A DNA stretch of 64,000 nt, taken from positions 201,004-265,003 of the forward strand of contig DAOTHY010000001.1 in assembly GCA_035447925.1 (NCBI GenBank), read 5' to 3'. Positions 36,244 through 46,423 of the stretch are shown here, piece by piece. The translations under genes were made by a program, and so were the position numbers. Each line of letters starts with the position of its first letter. The first letter of the stretch is position 1. The notes beneath the pieces were generated by a model. That model saw nothing but the letters and a program-made list of their open reading frames with translations, made no database searches and was not told the DNA's origin. This stretch comes from Thermotogota bacterium (GTDB lineage: Bacteria; Thermotogota; Thermotogae; MWEM01).

Positions 36244-38273
36244 TCTATATCCTCCTTCATTCTTATCAACATTTCTCGGTAAGGTGATTTCATTCGAACA
36301 AAAACGGGTGGTTTTCCCAATGGCGATGTTATTTTATAAGTGCCACCACTATAGTGTTGTTCGTCCCAAAGATAAATCCATTCATCTTCAGGAAGAAAGA
36401 CATTGTGTTCATTTTCTCCCGCTTTCAAAACGGGACAAATTAACAAGTCTCTTCCTAAAAGGTATTCGGTTTGAATATTTTTCGTTTTATCAGTTGGATA
36501 ATGGGTATACAAGCTTCGCATAAAAGGCAAACCGGTTGTTGCATTTTCTTCGTTCAGAATTTGGAAGTATGGTTTTAATCGAACGTGAATAGCAACCATT
36601 TTTCTAAAATGTTCCAACGTATCCTCATCATAATCAAATTGGCAGTTTAAATCGGGCCTATTTCCTTCATGTGTTCTCATGACTGGCGTATAGGCGGCCA
36701 TTTCAATCCATCTCATCAACAGTTCTTTAGATCTGGTTATCTTCCCCAATTGATTGTCAAAGGTTGTATATCCACCGATATCTGAATGACTAATACCGAA
36801 TCCGCTAAGCCCGAGAGACAATGATGCTGGTATAACTGAAGGCAACCCATCATCCATACTCCAATCCACCATTTGATCTCCGTTCCACATTAAAGTTGAA
36901 TATCTCTGTGTGAATGAATAACCCGCACGTGTAAAGAAGACTGCTTCCCCTAATTTTCCCGACTCTTCAATTGCTTCCCTATTTAATTTAGCCCACAAAA
37001 CCGGAAATTGATTGTGAATTAAAGTCGGATCTTCGCCGGAAAAAAGTTTGCAATCACAGGGAAGGTATTCACCAAAATCAGCCATCCAGCCAGACAATCC
37101 AATTGCAAGCATATTGTTTTTAATAATACCTTTTAACCATTGATAGGCTTCAGGATTTGTTAAATCAACAATCGCCGCAGGAAAGGTAGTGACTTCAACC
37201 AAATATTCTTCATTATTCTGATTTTTTAGAAGATAATGCTTTTCACTCGCCTCACGGTATAAAGCACCTTCTATGGCTAAGAAAGGATTGATGTATCCCA
37301 TCGTACGAATACCACGCTTGTTTAGATTTTTGATTGTTTCAGGAAGATCGGGGTACATCGCTTCTTCAAATTGCCAGTTCCACATGAGCTGTTTTCCAAA
37401 AGAAGTGATGCGTTTTCCCTCCCAGTCTTGAATCCAAATAGCAGAAAGCTTGATCCCTTTATTTCTTGCCAGTTCAACTTTGGGTTGAACCACTTCGGTG
37501 CCACCTTGAAGACCCAATATCAAGCCATCGAAGATCCAATCAGGTAATTTTGGTTGTAATCCGAAATATTTCGCCTGTGTTTGGATCACTTCCTTAAAAT
37601 CTTCTCCGATGCCGATGATGATTTCTTCAGGAACTGACCAGCATTCAATTTGTGAAAAATCATCGTGAGTAAAGTCAAACTCCATGTAACTTGAATGGTT
37701 CACATGACAGAAAAAATTCGAAGTCGTAATGAATGATGGCTGCGGAAAATAGGTGGTGTACCAATCGCCGCCGGCTTTGTCAAACTTATCAGCAAAAAAG
37801 GTCAGTAACTCTTTCTTATTTCTACCTACCCCTTGTTCACTAACCCAAAGAGGTAATTTTGAGCCTTTGAGATTGAGTTTGGAGTATTGTTCGCCACCTC
37901 CGTAAATGCCTTCATTTCTATTCGATATAAAACGACACCAAAAACGATTATATCTGATGGCTTGATTATCAATTTTCATTTTCAGGATTTGATTGTCTTG
38001 AACCTGCAAAGTAACAAAAACCTCTATCGATTCAAAGAAAAATCGGATAACGGCAGTTTCAGGTGTTTTTTCAACGATTTGGAAATTTACCAGCGGATAC
38101 TTTGATTCCAACTCGTTGGTGAACTCAAAATTTCCATGGTACATTTCATAGGTTGAACAACCCTTTCCGATAAAAAAGGCTGGATTTTCTGATGAATGAC
38201 AGAGTATTTCTATTTCTCCAAAACTGATTTGAAGTCCTTGCTTGTTTTCATTTATTTTTAGCATTTCCCTCAA
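36240..38273 (-). CDS. yihQ: GH31 sulfoquinovosidase (YihQ family)
   Basis: LWVSEQGVGRNK, GLQGG, WIQDW, GWMADFGEYLP (nucleophile), WNGDQ (acid/base), HSDIGGYT, RTHEGNRP; closely parallels E. coli YihQ. Confidence 0.92.
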   Translation of the reverse strand: MREMLKINENKQGLQISFGEIEILCHSSENPAFFIGKGCSTYEMYHGNFEFTNELESKYPLVNFQIVEKTPETAVIRFFFESIEVFVTLQVQDNQILKMKIDNQAIRYNRFWCRFISNRNEGIYGGGEQYSKLNLKGSKLPLWVSEQGVGRNKKELLTFFADKFDKAGGDWYTTYFPQPSFITTSNFFCHVNHSSYMEFDFTHDDFSQIECWSVPEEIIIGIGEDFKEVIQTQAKYFGLQPKLPDWIFDGLILGLQGGTEVVQPKVELARNKGIKLSAIWIQDWEGKRITSFGKQLMWNWQFEEAMYPDLPETIKNLNKRGIRTMGYINPFLAIEGALYREASEKHYLLKNQNNEEYLVEVTTFPAAIVDLTNPEAYQWLKGIIKNNMLAIGLSGWMADFGEYLPCDCKLFSGEDPTLIHNQFPVLWAKLNREAIEESGKLGEAVFFTRAGYSFTQRYSTLMWNGDQMVDWSMDDGLPSVIPASLSLGLSGFGISHSDIGGYTTFDNQLGKITRSKELLMRWIEMAAYTPVMRTHEGNRPDLNCQFDYDEDTLEHFRKMVAIHVRLKPYFQILNEENATTGLPFMRSLYTHYPTDKTKNIQTEYLLGRDLLICPVLKAGENEHNVFLPEDEWIYLWDEQHYSGGTYKITSPLGKPPVFVRMKSPYREMLIRMKEDIE

Positions 38274-39211
38274 CCTTTTCTCTTAAGAACTTTTTTGGCG
38301 GCTAACACGATGTCATCAGACGTCATTTGGTATTTTTTTAAAAGGAAATCTGTCAGCCCTACTTCACCAAAATGATCTTTGATTCCGATTCTTTCAAGGG
38401 GTACGGGACAATGTTCTGCTAAGACTTCAGAGACGGCACTTCCCCAGCCGTTAATAATGCTGTGATTTTCAGCGGTTACGATAGCACCAGTTTCTTCAGC
38501 GGCTTTAACTATGGTTTCCCAATCTACTGGTTTTAAGGTATGCATATTTAAAACCCTCGCATGTATCCCTTCTTTTTCTAGAATCTGGGCAGCCACAAGC
38601 GTGTTTTTAATCATTATTCCGCTGCAGATAAGGGTAACATCCGTTCCAGGAAGGATTTCATATATTTTTCCCAGTTCAAATTCCGTTCCATCAGGAAAGT
38701 ATCGGTCATTTGATTTACGAGCTAATCGCATATAAACAGGACTATCAACGGTTGCTATTTGGGGTAAAAGTGATCTTAACTGAGTCCCGTCAGCTGGTTC
38801 AACAACGATCATATTGGGAATTGAACGGATAAGCCCAGCATCTTCAACACTCATGTGTGTTCCACCGTTTAACTCAGCGGTTACCCCGGGATCTGTTCCT
38901 CCTATTTTTGCGTTTAATTTTGCATAAGCAATTGAAATGGCAATTTGATCAAGTACCCTTCTAGTGGCAAACGGTGTAAAAGAATGTGCAAAGGGAATTT
39001 TACCCGTAACAGCAAGTCCGGCTGAAATACCAATCATATTTGCTTCAGCTACACCTACATCGATGAAGCGATCCGGAAATCTTTCTTTGAATGAAGTGGT
39101 TCCAGTAGCTTTCATTAAATCAGCTTCAAGAACAACGATTCGCTCATCACCTTCAGCTAAATCCAATAGTATCTCAGCGTAGATTTGTCTTAATTCCTTT
39201 TCGTTTGACAT
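38270..39211 (-). CDS. Transketolase, C-terminal subunit (SqwH-like)
   Basis: DVGVAEANM, FATRR, GGTHMS, PVYMRLAR, AENHS. Confidence 0.92.
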   Translation of the reverse strand: MSNEKELRQIYAEILLDLAEGDERIVVLEADLMKATGTTSFKERFPDRFIDVGVAEANMIGISAGLAVTGKIPFAHSFTPFATRRVLDQIAISIAYAKLNAKIGGTDPGVTAELNGGTHMSVEDAGLIRSIPNMIVVEPADGTQLRSLLPQIATVDSPVYMRLARKSNDRYFPDGTEFELGKIYEILPGTDVTLICSGIMIKNTLVAAQILEKEGIHARVLNMHTLKPVDWETIVKAAEETGAIVTAENHSIINGWGSAVSEVLAEHCPVPLERIGIKDHFGEVGLTDFLLKKYQMTSDDIVLAAKKVLKRKG

Positions 39212-39212
39212 A

Positions 39213-40046
39213 TTAAACACCTGCTTCCTTTAATTGAGCAACTGCTTTTTTCCATTCTTCGCTTGAGACTTTCATATTATGGCAACTTATTTGATTTTCA
39301 GCAAAATAGGCGCCTTTTCCCTTAATGGTGTTTAAGATAATCATCGTTGGTTTTTCTTTGCTTAATTTTGATTGGTCCAGTGCATCGCATATCTGATTAA
39401 AATCATGTCCGTCTATTGAAAAAACATTCCAGCCGAAGGCTTTCCATTTATCCGATAGCGGTTCAAGTGAATTGATTTCATCAGTTGTGCCATCAATTTG
39501 CATTCTATTGTAATCTTGCATAACGGTTAGATTGTTTATTTTTTTTGAAGAAGCAAACATGGCAGCTTCCCAAATTTGTCCTTCCTGACTTTCTCCATCA
39601 CCGATGATACAATAGACCCTTGATGGCTTTTTATCAATCTTTTTGCCTAAGGCAATTCCAATTGCGGCTGATAATCCTTGTCCTAATGATCCAGCTGTCA
39701 TATCGATTCCCGGAGTGCGTAGCCTATCGCAATGTGAAGGTAAGTTTGTATTCGGTTGATTTAAAGTGTCGGTCCATGATTTTGGAAAAAACCCCTTGTC
39801 TGCTAAAACCGAATATAAAGCGGGCCCACCGTGTCCTTTGGACAGAACGAAATGGTCTCTATCTCCCCATTTAGGGTCTTCTGATTTAACTTGCATGGTT
39901 CTGTAATACAAAGCCACCAGGGCTTCAATGATGGATAAGGAACCACCGATGTGGCCAACACCAAGTTTGCCTATTTGTTCGATGGTCAAACAACGTATTT
40001 CATTCGCTTTTTTTTCCAGTTCCTTCAATTCTGTTTGATTCAACAT
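39213..40046 (-). CDS. Transketolase, N-terminal TPP-binding subunit (SqwG-like)
   Basis: GHIGGSLS, DHFVLSKGH, GSLGQG, GDGESQEG...N TPP motif. Confidence 0.92.
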   Translation of the reverse strand: MLNQTELKELEKKANEIRCLTIEQIGKLGVGHIGGSLSIIEALVALYYRTMQVKSEDPKWGDRDHFVLSKGHGGPALYSVLADKGFFPKSWTDTLNQPNTNLPSHCDRLRTPGIDMTAGSLGQGLSAAIGIALGKKIDKKPSRVYCIIGDGESQEGQIWEAAMFASSKKINNLTVMQDYNRMQIDGTTDEINSLEPLSDKWKAFGWNVFSIDGHDFNQICDALDQSKLSKEKPTMIILNTIKGKGAYFAENQISCHNMKVSSEEWKKAVAQLKEAGV

Positions 40047-40056
40047 ATTCACCTCT

Positions 40057-41172
40057 TTAGTAGATTTGATTTAACAGGTTCACTAACTCGTTTTGCTGAT
40101 ATTTTTTGGGATTGAGTTGTGATATGGGAGCCGATAGTGTGATTTGAGCAATCCTTTCTAAATCCTCTCTTTTCACTCCAATTTGACTAAGGGTCGTTGG
40201 TGCATTGACATTTTTCATGATTTCCGCAATTTTGTTTGAAAACTGTTGAACCGTTTCGTAATTCAAATGACGGATTAAAATATCCATGTTTGGCTTATCA
40301 CTATCGTAATTGTCTTTGATGATTTTTGGCAATGCCAATGCACAAGCAAAACCATGTTCCAAGCCATATTCATTGGTTAGAGGAAAACTCAGTGCGTGTA
40401 GAATGGTTGTCCGTGTTTGTGCAAACGATATTCCGGCAAGAAGACTGGCGTAAAGCAGCTGTTCTCTGCCTTCATAATCCTTTGGAGAAACGTATGTTTT
40501 TTCTATGTTTAGCATGATTAGCTTCATTGCTTCCATTGAAAATAATTTTGACATAGGTTGGGAAGAATCCGCCCAATAGGCTTCAATAGCATGAGTAAAA
40601 GCGTCAAGAGAAGTGGATGCGGTCACTCTTGGCGGCATGGAAAGTGTCATCATCGGATCGAGAATTGCATGATCTGGCCAGAAATATTCGGTGACTAACG
40701 GTTTTTTTTGACCTCTTTCATGATCTGTATAAACGCCAACATTTGTCACTTCACTGCCTGTTCCGGATGTGGTTGGAATGGCAATTAACTGTGTTGTTCT
40801 TCCTTTTAATATTTTTCCGTTAAACAGAAATTCCTGTAAAGTACCATCGGTATCAATGAGACAGGAAATGGCTTTGGCCGTGTCAATGGCACTGCCTCCC
40901 CCAAGTCCGATCACTGTTTTTATCTTTCTTTCCTTGGCGTAGCGGACTCCATTATTGACTGTTGAACAAGAGGGGTTTGGCTCAACCTCACAAAAATTAA
41001 AGATTGAGTCTTTTGGTTTTAATACCTGTTTAATTTGATCAACTAGTCCAACCTTTTTTAGGACAGGATCACTAACAATCAGAATAGGAGATTCGATATG
41101 AAGTGTATTTAAATGTAGGATCTTGTTTTTCCCAAAAAAGATCTCTACCGGTAAATAAAAACGATAGTCCAT
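40057..41172 (-). CDS. Iron-containing alcohol dehydrogenase, probable sulfoacetaldehyde reductase (SqwF-like)
   Basis: VEPNP, GGGSAID, PTTSGTGSE, DAFTHAIE, HALS, HG. Confidence 0.85.
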   Translation of the reverse strand: MDYRFYLPVEIFFGKNKILHLNTLHIESPILIVSDPVLKKVGLVDQIKQVLKPKDSIFNFCEVEPNPSCSTVNNGVRYAKERKIKTVIGLGGGSAIDTAKAISCLIDTDGTLQEFLFNGKILKGRTTQLIAIPTTSGTGSEVTNVGVYTDHERGQKKPLVTEYFWPDHAILDPMMTLSMPPRVTASTSLDAFTHAIEAYWADSSQPMSKLFSMEAMKLIMLNIEKTYVSPKDYEGREQLLYASLLAGISFAQTRTTILHALSFPLTNEYGLEHGFACALALPKIIKDNYDSDKPNMDILIRHLNYETVQQFSNKIAEIMKNVNAPTTLSQIGVKREDLERIAQITLSAPISQLNPKKYQQNELVNLLNQIY

Positions 41173-41200
41173 TCTTTTCCTCCTTGTTATTTTTTTAGCG

Positions 41201-42109
41201 TTATTTTTTATCTGCTTTTTTGTTCTTCTGGACTAATATTATCCCCATTGTTGAGAGTAATACAATAATCATTCCGATTATTTGCAGTCCTGATAATAAT
41301 TCACCCAAAAGGAAGAATCCAATGAACGAGGCAAAAACAGGCATGAGTAATAGGGTGATTCTTACAATCCAAACGGGTAAAATTCTTAAATTATAGTAAT
41401 ATAGAATATAAATTAAAGTCTGCATGATCCCGGTGTAAATCAAAGAAACGATTAACATTGGATGCTCACTAATGGTTTTTTGATCAATTTTACGTTCAAA
41501 TAGAATGAAAACAATCACAAAAATAGAAAATGTAATCAGATTATTGTAAAAAGCAACTGTTGAATCCCTTACTTTTACTCTTGGATCATTTTGAACAGAT
41601 TTAATGATAAATCCGTTCAAAGCAACAAAAAGGGCACTTAAGATGAAGAGGAAATCACCGATTCCATTGAGTTTGAATTTTGTAAAATCGATATTAATGA
41701 CCAATAGGGTGCCTAACAAGATGAAAAGCGTTAATACCCAATCTACTTTGGTAAATTTTTGCTTAAGCAAAAAGATTGAGATGAAATTGGTGAAAAGAAC
41801 ATCCGCTTTCAACAAAATAGCTGCATTTGAAGCTGTTGAAAGCTGTAAGCCCAAAAAGGCTGTAATATCCAGCGAAAATCCTAGAATTCCAATCAGAATC
41901 AATTTGGGCATTACGCTTCTGACTTCTATCAGATTTTTTTGATAACCTTTCAAAAAAATAAAAATGACTAAAAAAATCAAAGCTAAAAAACGTACTGTTA
42001 CACCAACAAAAATAGGAGACAGTTCTAACAGCGAAAACCGATTTACTACGTAAAAACTGGACCAAACAACATTGAGAATTAATAGTGAAAAAATGGATTT
42101 TGAACTCAT
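41201..42109 (-). CDS. DMT/EamA family transporter, candidate sulfonate exporter
   Basis: Ten hydrophobic segments in two EamA-like repeats; GDFLFILSA. Confidence 0.85.
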   Translation of the reverse strand: MSSKSIFSLLILNVVWSSFYVVNRFSLLELSPIFVGVTVRFLALIFLVIFIFLKGYQKNLIEVRSVMPKLILIGILGFSLDITAFLGLQLSTASNAAILLKADVLFTNFISIFLLKQKFTKVDWVLTLFILLGTLLVINIDFTKFKLNGIGDFLFILSALFVALNGFIIKSVQNDPRVKVRDSTVAFYNNLITFSIFVIVFILFERKIDQKTISEHPMLIVSLIYTGIMQTLIYILYYYNLRILPVWIVRITLLLMPVFASFIGFFLLGELLSGLQIIGMIIVLLSTMGIILVQKNKKADKK

Positions 42110-42115
42110 TTTATT

Positions 42116-43573
42116 TTAGATCAACTCATCTTTTAACTTCATGAGTTCCTTTTCATCCATATCTTTAACAGTTTGCCCTTTTCTATGTGCTGTCAGGTAA
42201 TCGATTAATTGTCTGTGATTTTTAGGATTGATTGGATATTTCAAAGCAGCCCATATTCCCAGTGCCATCAAGATGATGGGAACAAAGGCAATTATCAATC
42301 TAATCGTCAGCAAAACTGATTCTGGCTGAATCCTTTCAATCGATTTTTCAACCCCGTTTTCAATGATGATTTCGGGATTCAGATAGCCGGTTACACCTAA
42401 AAGGAATGTAACAAATGCGACTGCAATTCCTGAAGCAAATTTTCTTACAAACGTGATAATGCCGCTGAATGACCCCTCTCTTCTTTCTGAATATGCCAAT
42501 TCACCCACATCCGTGACATCGCCGAATAATGTGTGTGGAATAACAGCAGCTGCACTCACTCCAGAACCTATCAAAGCAGCTAAAATAATGATTACATATA
42601 ATGGCGCTGTAGAAGGAACGATAAAGATCAAAACACTGCCGATAGCCCATATGATCGCACCCACAATATATGCAATCGTTTTGCTTTTCTTTTTTGCGAT
42701 AAAGGCATAAAAGGGTATAAAAAGAATTTCAACGATCAACAGGACTCCCAAAACTAATGACAGATATCCAGGCTGTAAAACGTAATATTTCATGTAGTAA
42801 GCGAAAATCATTGATACAATGTCCATGCTTAGATAGGCAGCAAGAAACATCAACAACAAATAACGGAAGGATTTGATCTTAAACGGGTCAATAAACATCG
42901 CTCTGAAATTGATGGCCTTTTTCTGAGGTCTGAAATCTTCTCGTTCTTTTGTTGAAAAAAATACCCCGATCCATGGAAGAGAGAAAAGCAATCCGAACAC
43001 AATAGCCATGATGATATAGCCAGTTCTAAGATTTTCAAAGGAATTAACAATCAGCATCGGAAGAACAGCACAAATCAATGAAGAACCAAGTGAAAAAGCC
43101 AGTCGAATGGAATTTACAGATGTTCTTTCATTGTAGTCGAGAGAAATTTCTGCAGACATGGCCTGATAAGGAACCATTACTATTGTTACAACCGTGTTGA
43201 ACAATAAATAGGCAAATAAAACATAAATGAATTTTGATATTTGGGAATCAAACTGAACCGGATACCACAACATGAAAAATGAAATGAAAATCAGAATTAT
43301 TCCAGCTAAGAAGTAAGGTCTTCTTCTGCCGTATTTCGATTTGGTTCCGTCAGTAATCGTTCCCATGAAGGGATCAGTAACAGCATCCCAGATTTTTCCT
43401 ATCAGAAAGACCGGTGAAACATAGACCATATTTAGACCAATTACATCGGTTAAAAACAAGGCGAAGAAAAAATTAATGATATTAAATGCCCCGCCACCGA
43501 ATATATCTCCAGCACCAAAAAGCAGCTTAGTCTTTAGAGGGATTTTGTCATGTACTCCATTATGATTATCCAT
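42116..43573 (-). CDS. MFS glycoside-pentoside-hexuronide (GPH) symporter
   Basis: FGAGD, KIWDAVTDPFMG, GRRRPY, VPYQAM, DYNERT, REGSFSG. Confidence 0.9.
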   Translation of the reverse strand: MDNHNGVHDKIPLKTKLLFGAGDIFGGGAFNIINFFFALFLTDVIGLNMVYVSPVFLIGKIWDAVTDPFMGTITDGTKSKYGRRRPYFLAGIILIFISFFMLWYPVQFDSQISKFIYVLFAYLLFNTVVTIVMVPYQAMSAEISLDYNERTSVNSIRLAFSLGSSLICAVLPMLIVNSFENLRTGYIIMAIVFGLLFSLPWIGVFFSTKEREDFRPQKKAINFRAMFIDPFKIKSFRYLLLMFLAAYLSMDIVSMIFAYYMKYYVLQPGYLSLVLGVLLIVEILFIPFYAFIAKKKSKTIAYIVGAIIWAIGSVLIFIVPSTAPLYVIIILAALIGSGVSAAAVIPHTLFGDVTDVGELAYSERREGSFSGIITFVRKFASGIAVAFVTFLLGVTGYLNPEIIIENGVEKSIERIQPESVLLTIRLIIAFVPIILMALGIWAALKYPINPKNHRQLIDYLTAHRKGQTVKDMDEKELMKLKDELI

Positions 43574-43576
43574 ATT

Positions 43577-44893
43577 CTACCTCACAATCTCCCATTTGTT
43601 GATATGGGCTAAAATTTCAAAAGATTTTGTGTAATCACCATATACAACAGAGATATGGTGTGCGAATCCATTGTAAACAACTTTGTCAAGGAGTTCAGTT
43701 AATGGGAGGTCAAATCGTGCTTTCATATATGTGCCACGCAATTCTTTTTCCATTGGAAAGGCCTCACCTTTTTGCAGCAACAACCTTGTTTTTCCTCTTG
43801 CCGTATCTATTCGACAGAATGAAATGATTCCTGGCTTCATCACAAAATCTGCTGTTACGCCTTTTCCACCGGCATGATAAGAATCCAGCGAGCAATGACA
43901 AACCCCATCGGTCAAATTACAAGGAGCAACTCCGCAATGCCATAACAATGCAAAATTCTCTTTTAAGTCAACTTGAGAGAAATCCGCTAAAAATGGTGTT
44001 TGGGCACCTGCAGCTTGATGAGCAACCATACTCATGAGTCCTTCAACATCTCCTTCACAACCCAGTAAATATCCTTTAGATTGAAGATAAGACATTGAAG
44101 CACAAGGAGCAATACCAAATTCAGCTGCAAATTCAGGCCAGCATCGAATTGCTAAGGCATCTACATGATTGTTATCCAAAAAATGTTTGAATTTGACTGA
44201 TAATTCAGCTACTTTATAAAGCTGTTCTGAGTTGATTGCATTAACATCGAATAATTCAACGAGTTCTTGTTGAATTTGTTGAACTTCTAACTCTGGGGAG
44301 ATGGTATTGAATACTTCAGATAACTCATAATGATCAACGAGCATGCCGGTTTTTGAATAAGCGCCTAATTCATCAATTCCAACATTGAAAAAACCTTTGG
44401 CCCGATAACCCAAAATCCCTATGTGATAATCACTTAATGCCTTTTTCATTTTGATTGCCTTTAGCCAATTCTCATCCAACTCATCAGAGACAGAAACCCA
44501 AAAGGAATCTGTCCCGCCTTTGTAAAGATTGGAAGCGTTCAAATTAACGCCACACACCGAATTTAATCTTATTTTACCCCCGTTATATGGAAGTTCTGGA
44601 AGACCCCAGAGCAGTATTGGTTTTTGAACGCTCTTATTGATAATTAAAGCTAAATGCCCTAAATGAAAAGTACCACTGATGATTATAACAGCATCGACAT
44701 GTTGGCTCAATAACATTTCCGATGCCTGTTGTGCATCCTCGGGTTCAATAAGTGGCTCTTCAACAAATACAAACTCCAAGTCTTTTCTTTCTTTGTATTT
44801 TTTAATCATATTTCTGTATATTTCCCCTGCGGTTAGATAATCAAAAGTTTTTCTAACCAGACAAACCACACCAATTCTTACCAGATTCTTCAT
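43577..44893 (-). CDS. L-fucose/L-arabinose isomerase family protein, probable sulfoquinovose isomerase (SqvD-like)
   Basis: IRCWPEF, CEGDVEG, LWHCG, HHISVVYGD; AGGAGTGA SD. Confidence 0.85.
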   Translation of the reverse strand: MKNLVRIGVVCLVRKTFDYLTAGEIYRNMIKKYKERKDLEFVFVEEPLIEPEDAQQASEMLLSQHVDAVIIISGTFHLGHLALIINKSVQKPILLWGLPELPYNGGKIRLNSVCGVNLNASNLYKGGTDSFWVSVSDELDENWLKAIKMKKALSDYHIGILGYRAKGFFNVGIDELGAYSKTGMLVDHYELSEVFNTISPELEVQQIQQELVELFDVNAINSEQLYKVAELSVKFKHFLDNNHVDALAIRCWPEFAAEFGIAPCASMSYLQSKGYLLGCEGDVEGLMSMVAHQAAGAQTPFLADFSQVDLKENFALLWHCGVAPCNLTDGVCHCSLDSYHAGGKGVTADFVMKPGIISFCRIDTARGKTRLLLQKGEAFPMEKELRGTYMKARFDLPLTELLDKVVYNGFAHHISVVYGDYTKSFEILAHINKWEIVR

Positions 44894-44913
44894 TGAATCA
44901 CTCCTGTATTCTC

Positions 44914-46137
44914 TTATTTGTAAATTGCACCCGTATCGTAAAAAAGTCTTTCCAAAGCCAAAGCCAGAGGTCCGATTGCTTTGGTTTGGTATTCCAGGCA
45001 ACTGGTCACGATCTTTTTTTTCACCGAATCATCACAAAGCATTTCGCTGATTTTGTTGACCAATTGTTCCATTAACGTATTATATTTAAATAGCTCTCCA
45101 AAAAAAACAATTCTTTGAGGATCCAAAATTTTCATGAGATTGATAATACCGGTAGCCATATAGGCAATGTTTTCATCTATAGTCTTTTTGATGAAGGAAT
45201 CGCCTTTTTCATATGCATCAAAAATCATAGCCGTGTCAATATTCAAAGGCTCTTCTTGGCATAGTTCGTACAATATGGGCGTTTCTGTCTTTGAGAAGGC
45301 ATTTTTAACATATTGCTTCATACGTCTGGTGGAAACGACTGTTTCCAGACATCCTTTTTGACCACAGTTGCATAGGGGGCCATCGGGTTCTACAATGATA
45401 TGACCGATTTCCCCTGCTTGATTTTCCGAGCCATAAATCAGCCTTTTATTGATGACAATAGCAGCACCAATTCCGGGACCATGCTTGATAAAAACAAAAT
45501 CCTCAACTGTATCAATCTTTGAGCAATTAATTTCAGCAATTGCCAAAGCCCTAACGTTATTATCGACAATTACCGGTAGTTTGAGTGATTTTGTCAATAG
45601 TTCACGAATACTCACTTCGCTTTCCCATATCCCGTAAGCATCCACACTTTTTCCTTTTTGAGGATCAACTTTTCCAACTATTCCAACGCCGATACCCAAG
45701 ATGTTGCCTTTGGAAATATCGAGTTTCCAGAGAATGTCTTTGATTTGATCGACAATGATGTTCAGGAACACCTCCGGTGATACACTGGCATCTGTAATAA
45801 ATTCTTTGTTTGAAAGAATGTTTAAATTAAGATCTGAAATTGCTATGGTTGTCATATCTTTTTCAATGCTGATCCCTAAAACAAATTTGTGGCTTTTTTC
45901 AATTTCGATTAAGATTTTCTTCCTTCCTGCTTTACCATTTCTCTCTGCAAGACCAACTTCCTTAATAATGCCCTCATGAAGCATCTCATTGGAAATAATG
46001 GTAATTGCTCCAGCTGATAAACCTGAAATAGCCGCAATGTCCTTTCTGGACATCGGACCGTTTTCTCTGAGTATATTTAGCAGAACGGATCGATTGACTT
46101 TTTTGATGGAATTTAAATCCATTACCTTTTTCTTCAT
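44914..46137 (-). CDS. ROK family transcriptional regulator
   Basis: N-terminal HTH (MSRKDIAAISGLS), DNNVRALA, GPGIGA, GEIGH, CNCGQKGCLE. Confidence 0.92.
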   Translation of the reverse strand: MKKKVMDLNSIKKVNRSVLLNILRENGPMSRKDIAAISGLSAGAITIISNEMLHEGIIKEVGLAERNGKAGRKKILIEIEKSHKFVLGISIEKDMTTIAISDLNLNILSNKEFITDASVSPEVFLNIIVDQIKDILWKLDISKGNILGIGVGIVGKVDPQKGKSVDAYGIWESEVSIRELLTKSLKLPVIVDNNVRALAIAEINCSKIDTVEDFVFIKHGPGIGAAIVINKRLIYGSENQAGEIGHIIVEPDGPLCNCGQKGCLETVVSTRRMKQYVKNAFSKTETPILYELCQEEPLNIDTAMIFDAYEKGDSFIKKTIDENIAYMATGIINLMKILDPQRIVFFGELFKYNTLMEQLVNKISEMLCDDSVKKKIVTSCLEYQTKAIGPLALALERLFYDTGAIYK

Positions 46138-46184
46138 TTTCAAACACCACTTTATAATGATCTGTAAAAAGATAAATCAATTCT

Positions 46185-46193
46185 ATTATATCA
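46185..46193 (-). promoter_or_regulatory. Extended -10 promoter of the ROK/sulfo-TK operon
   Basis: TGATATAAT on the minus strand. Confidence 0.55.
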
Positions 46194-46329
46194 GAATGAG
46201 TTTAAAAATTAAAAGATTAAAATAATTGGCATATCTTCCAAAATACATCATTTTTATCGATTATCCTAAAATAACTAAAGAAATCTTTGATTACTGATAA
46301 TATCCTTCTATATTCACTGAATATGTTTT

Positions 46330-46358
46330 TTGATTTTTTTATGGAACTTTTGTATAAT
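46330..46358 (+). promoter_or_regulatory. Sigma70-type promoter of the divergent ABC importer
   Basis: TTGATT (46330-46335), 17 nt spacer, TATAAT (46353-46358). Confidence 0.7.
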
Positions 46359-46423
46359 AGCGTTGTAATTGATTAAAGCTCTATATTAATTCATCTAATA
46401 ACCTTAAAAGGAGGTATAATTTA

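Noticed and set aside
38270-40046. Split transketolase as a frameshifted pseudogene
   Set aside because: Both halves have their own SD and start; two-subunit transketolases are common and SqwG/H is split
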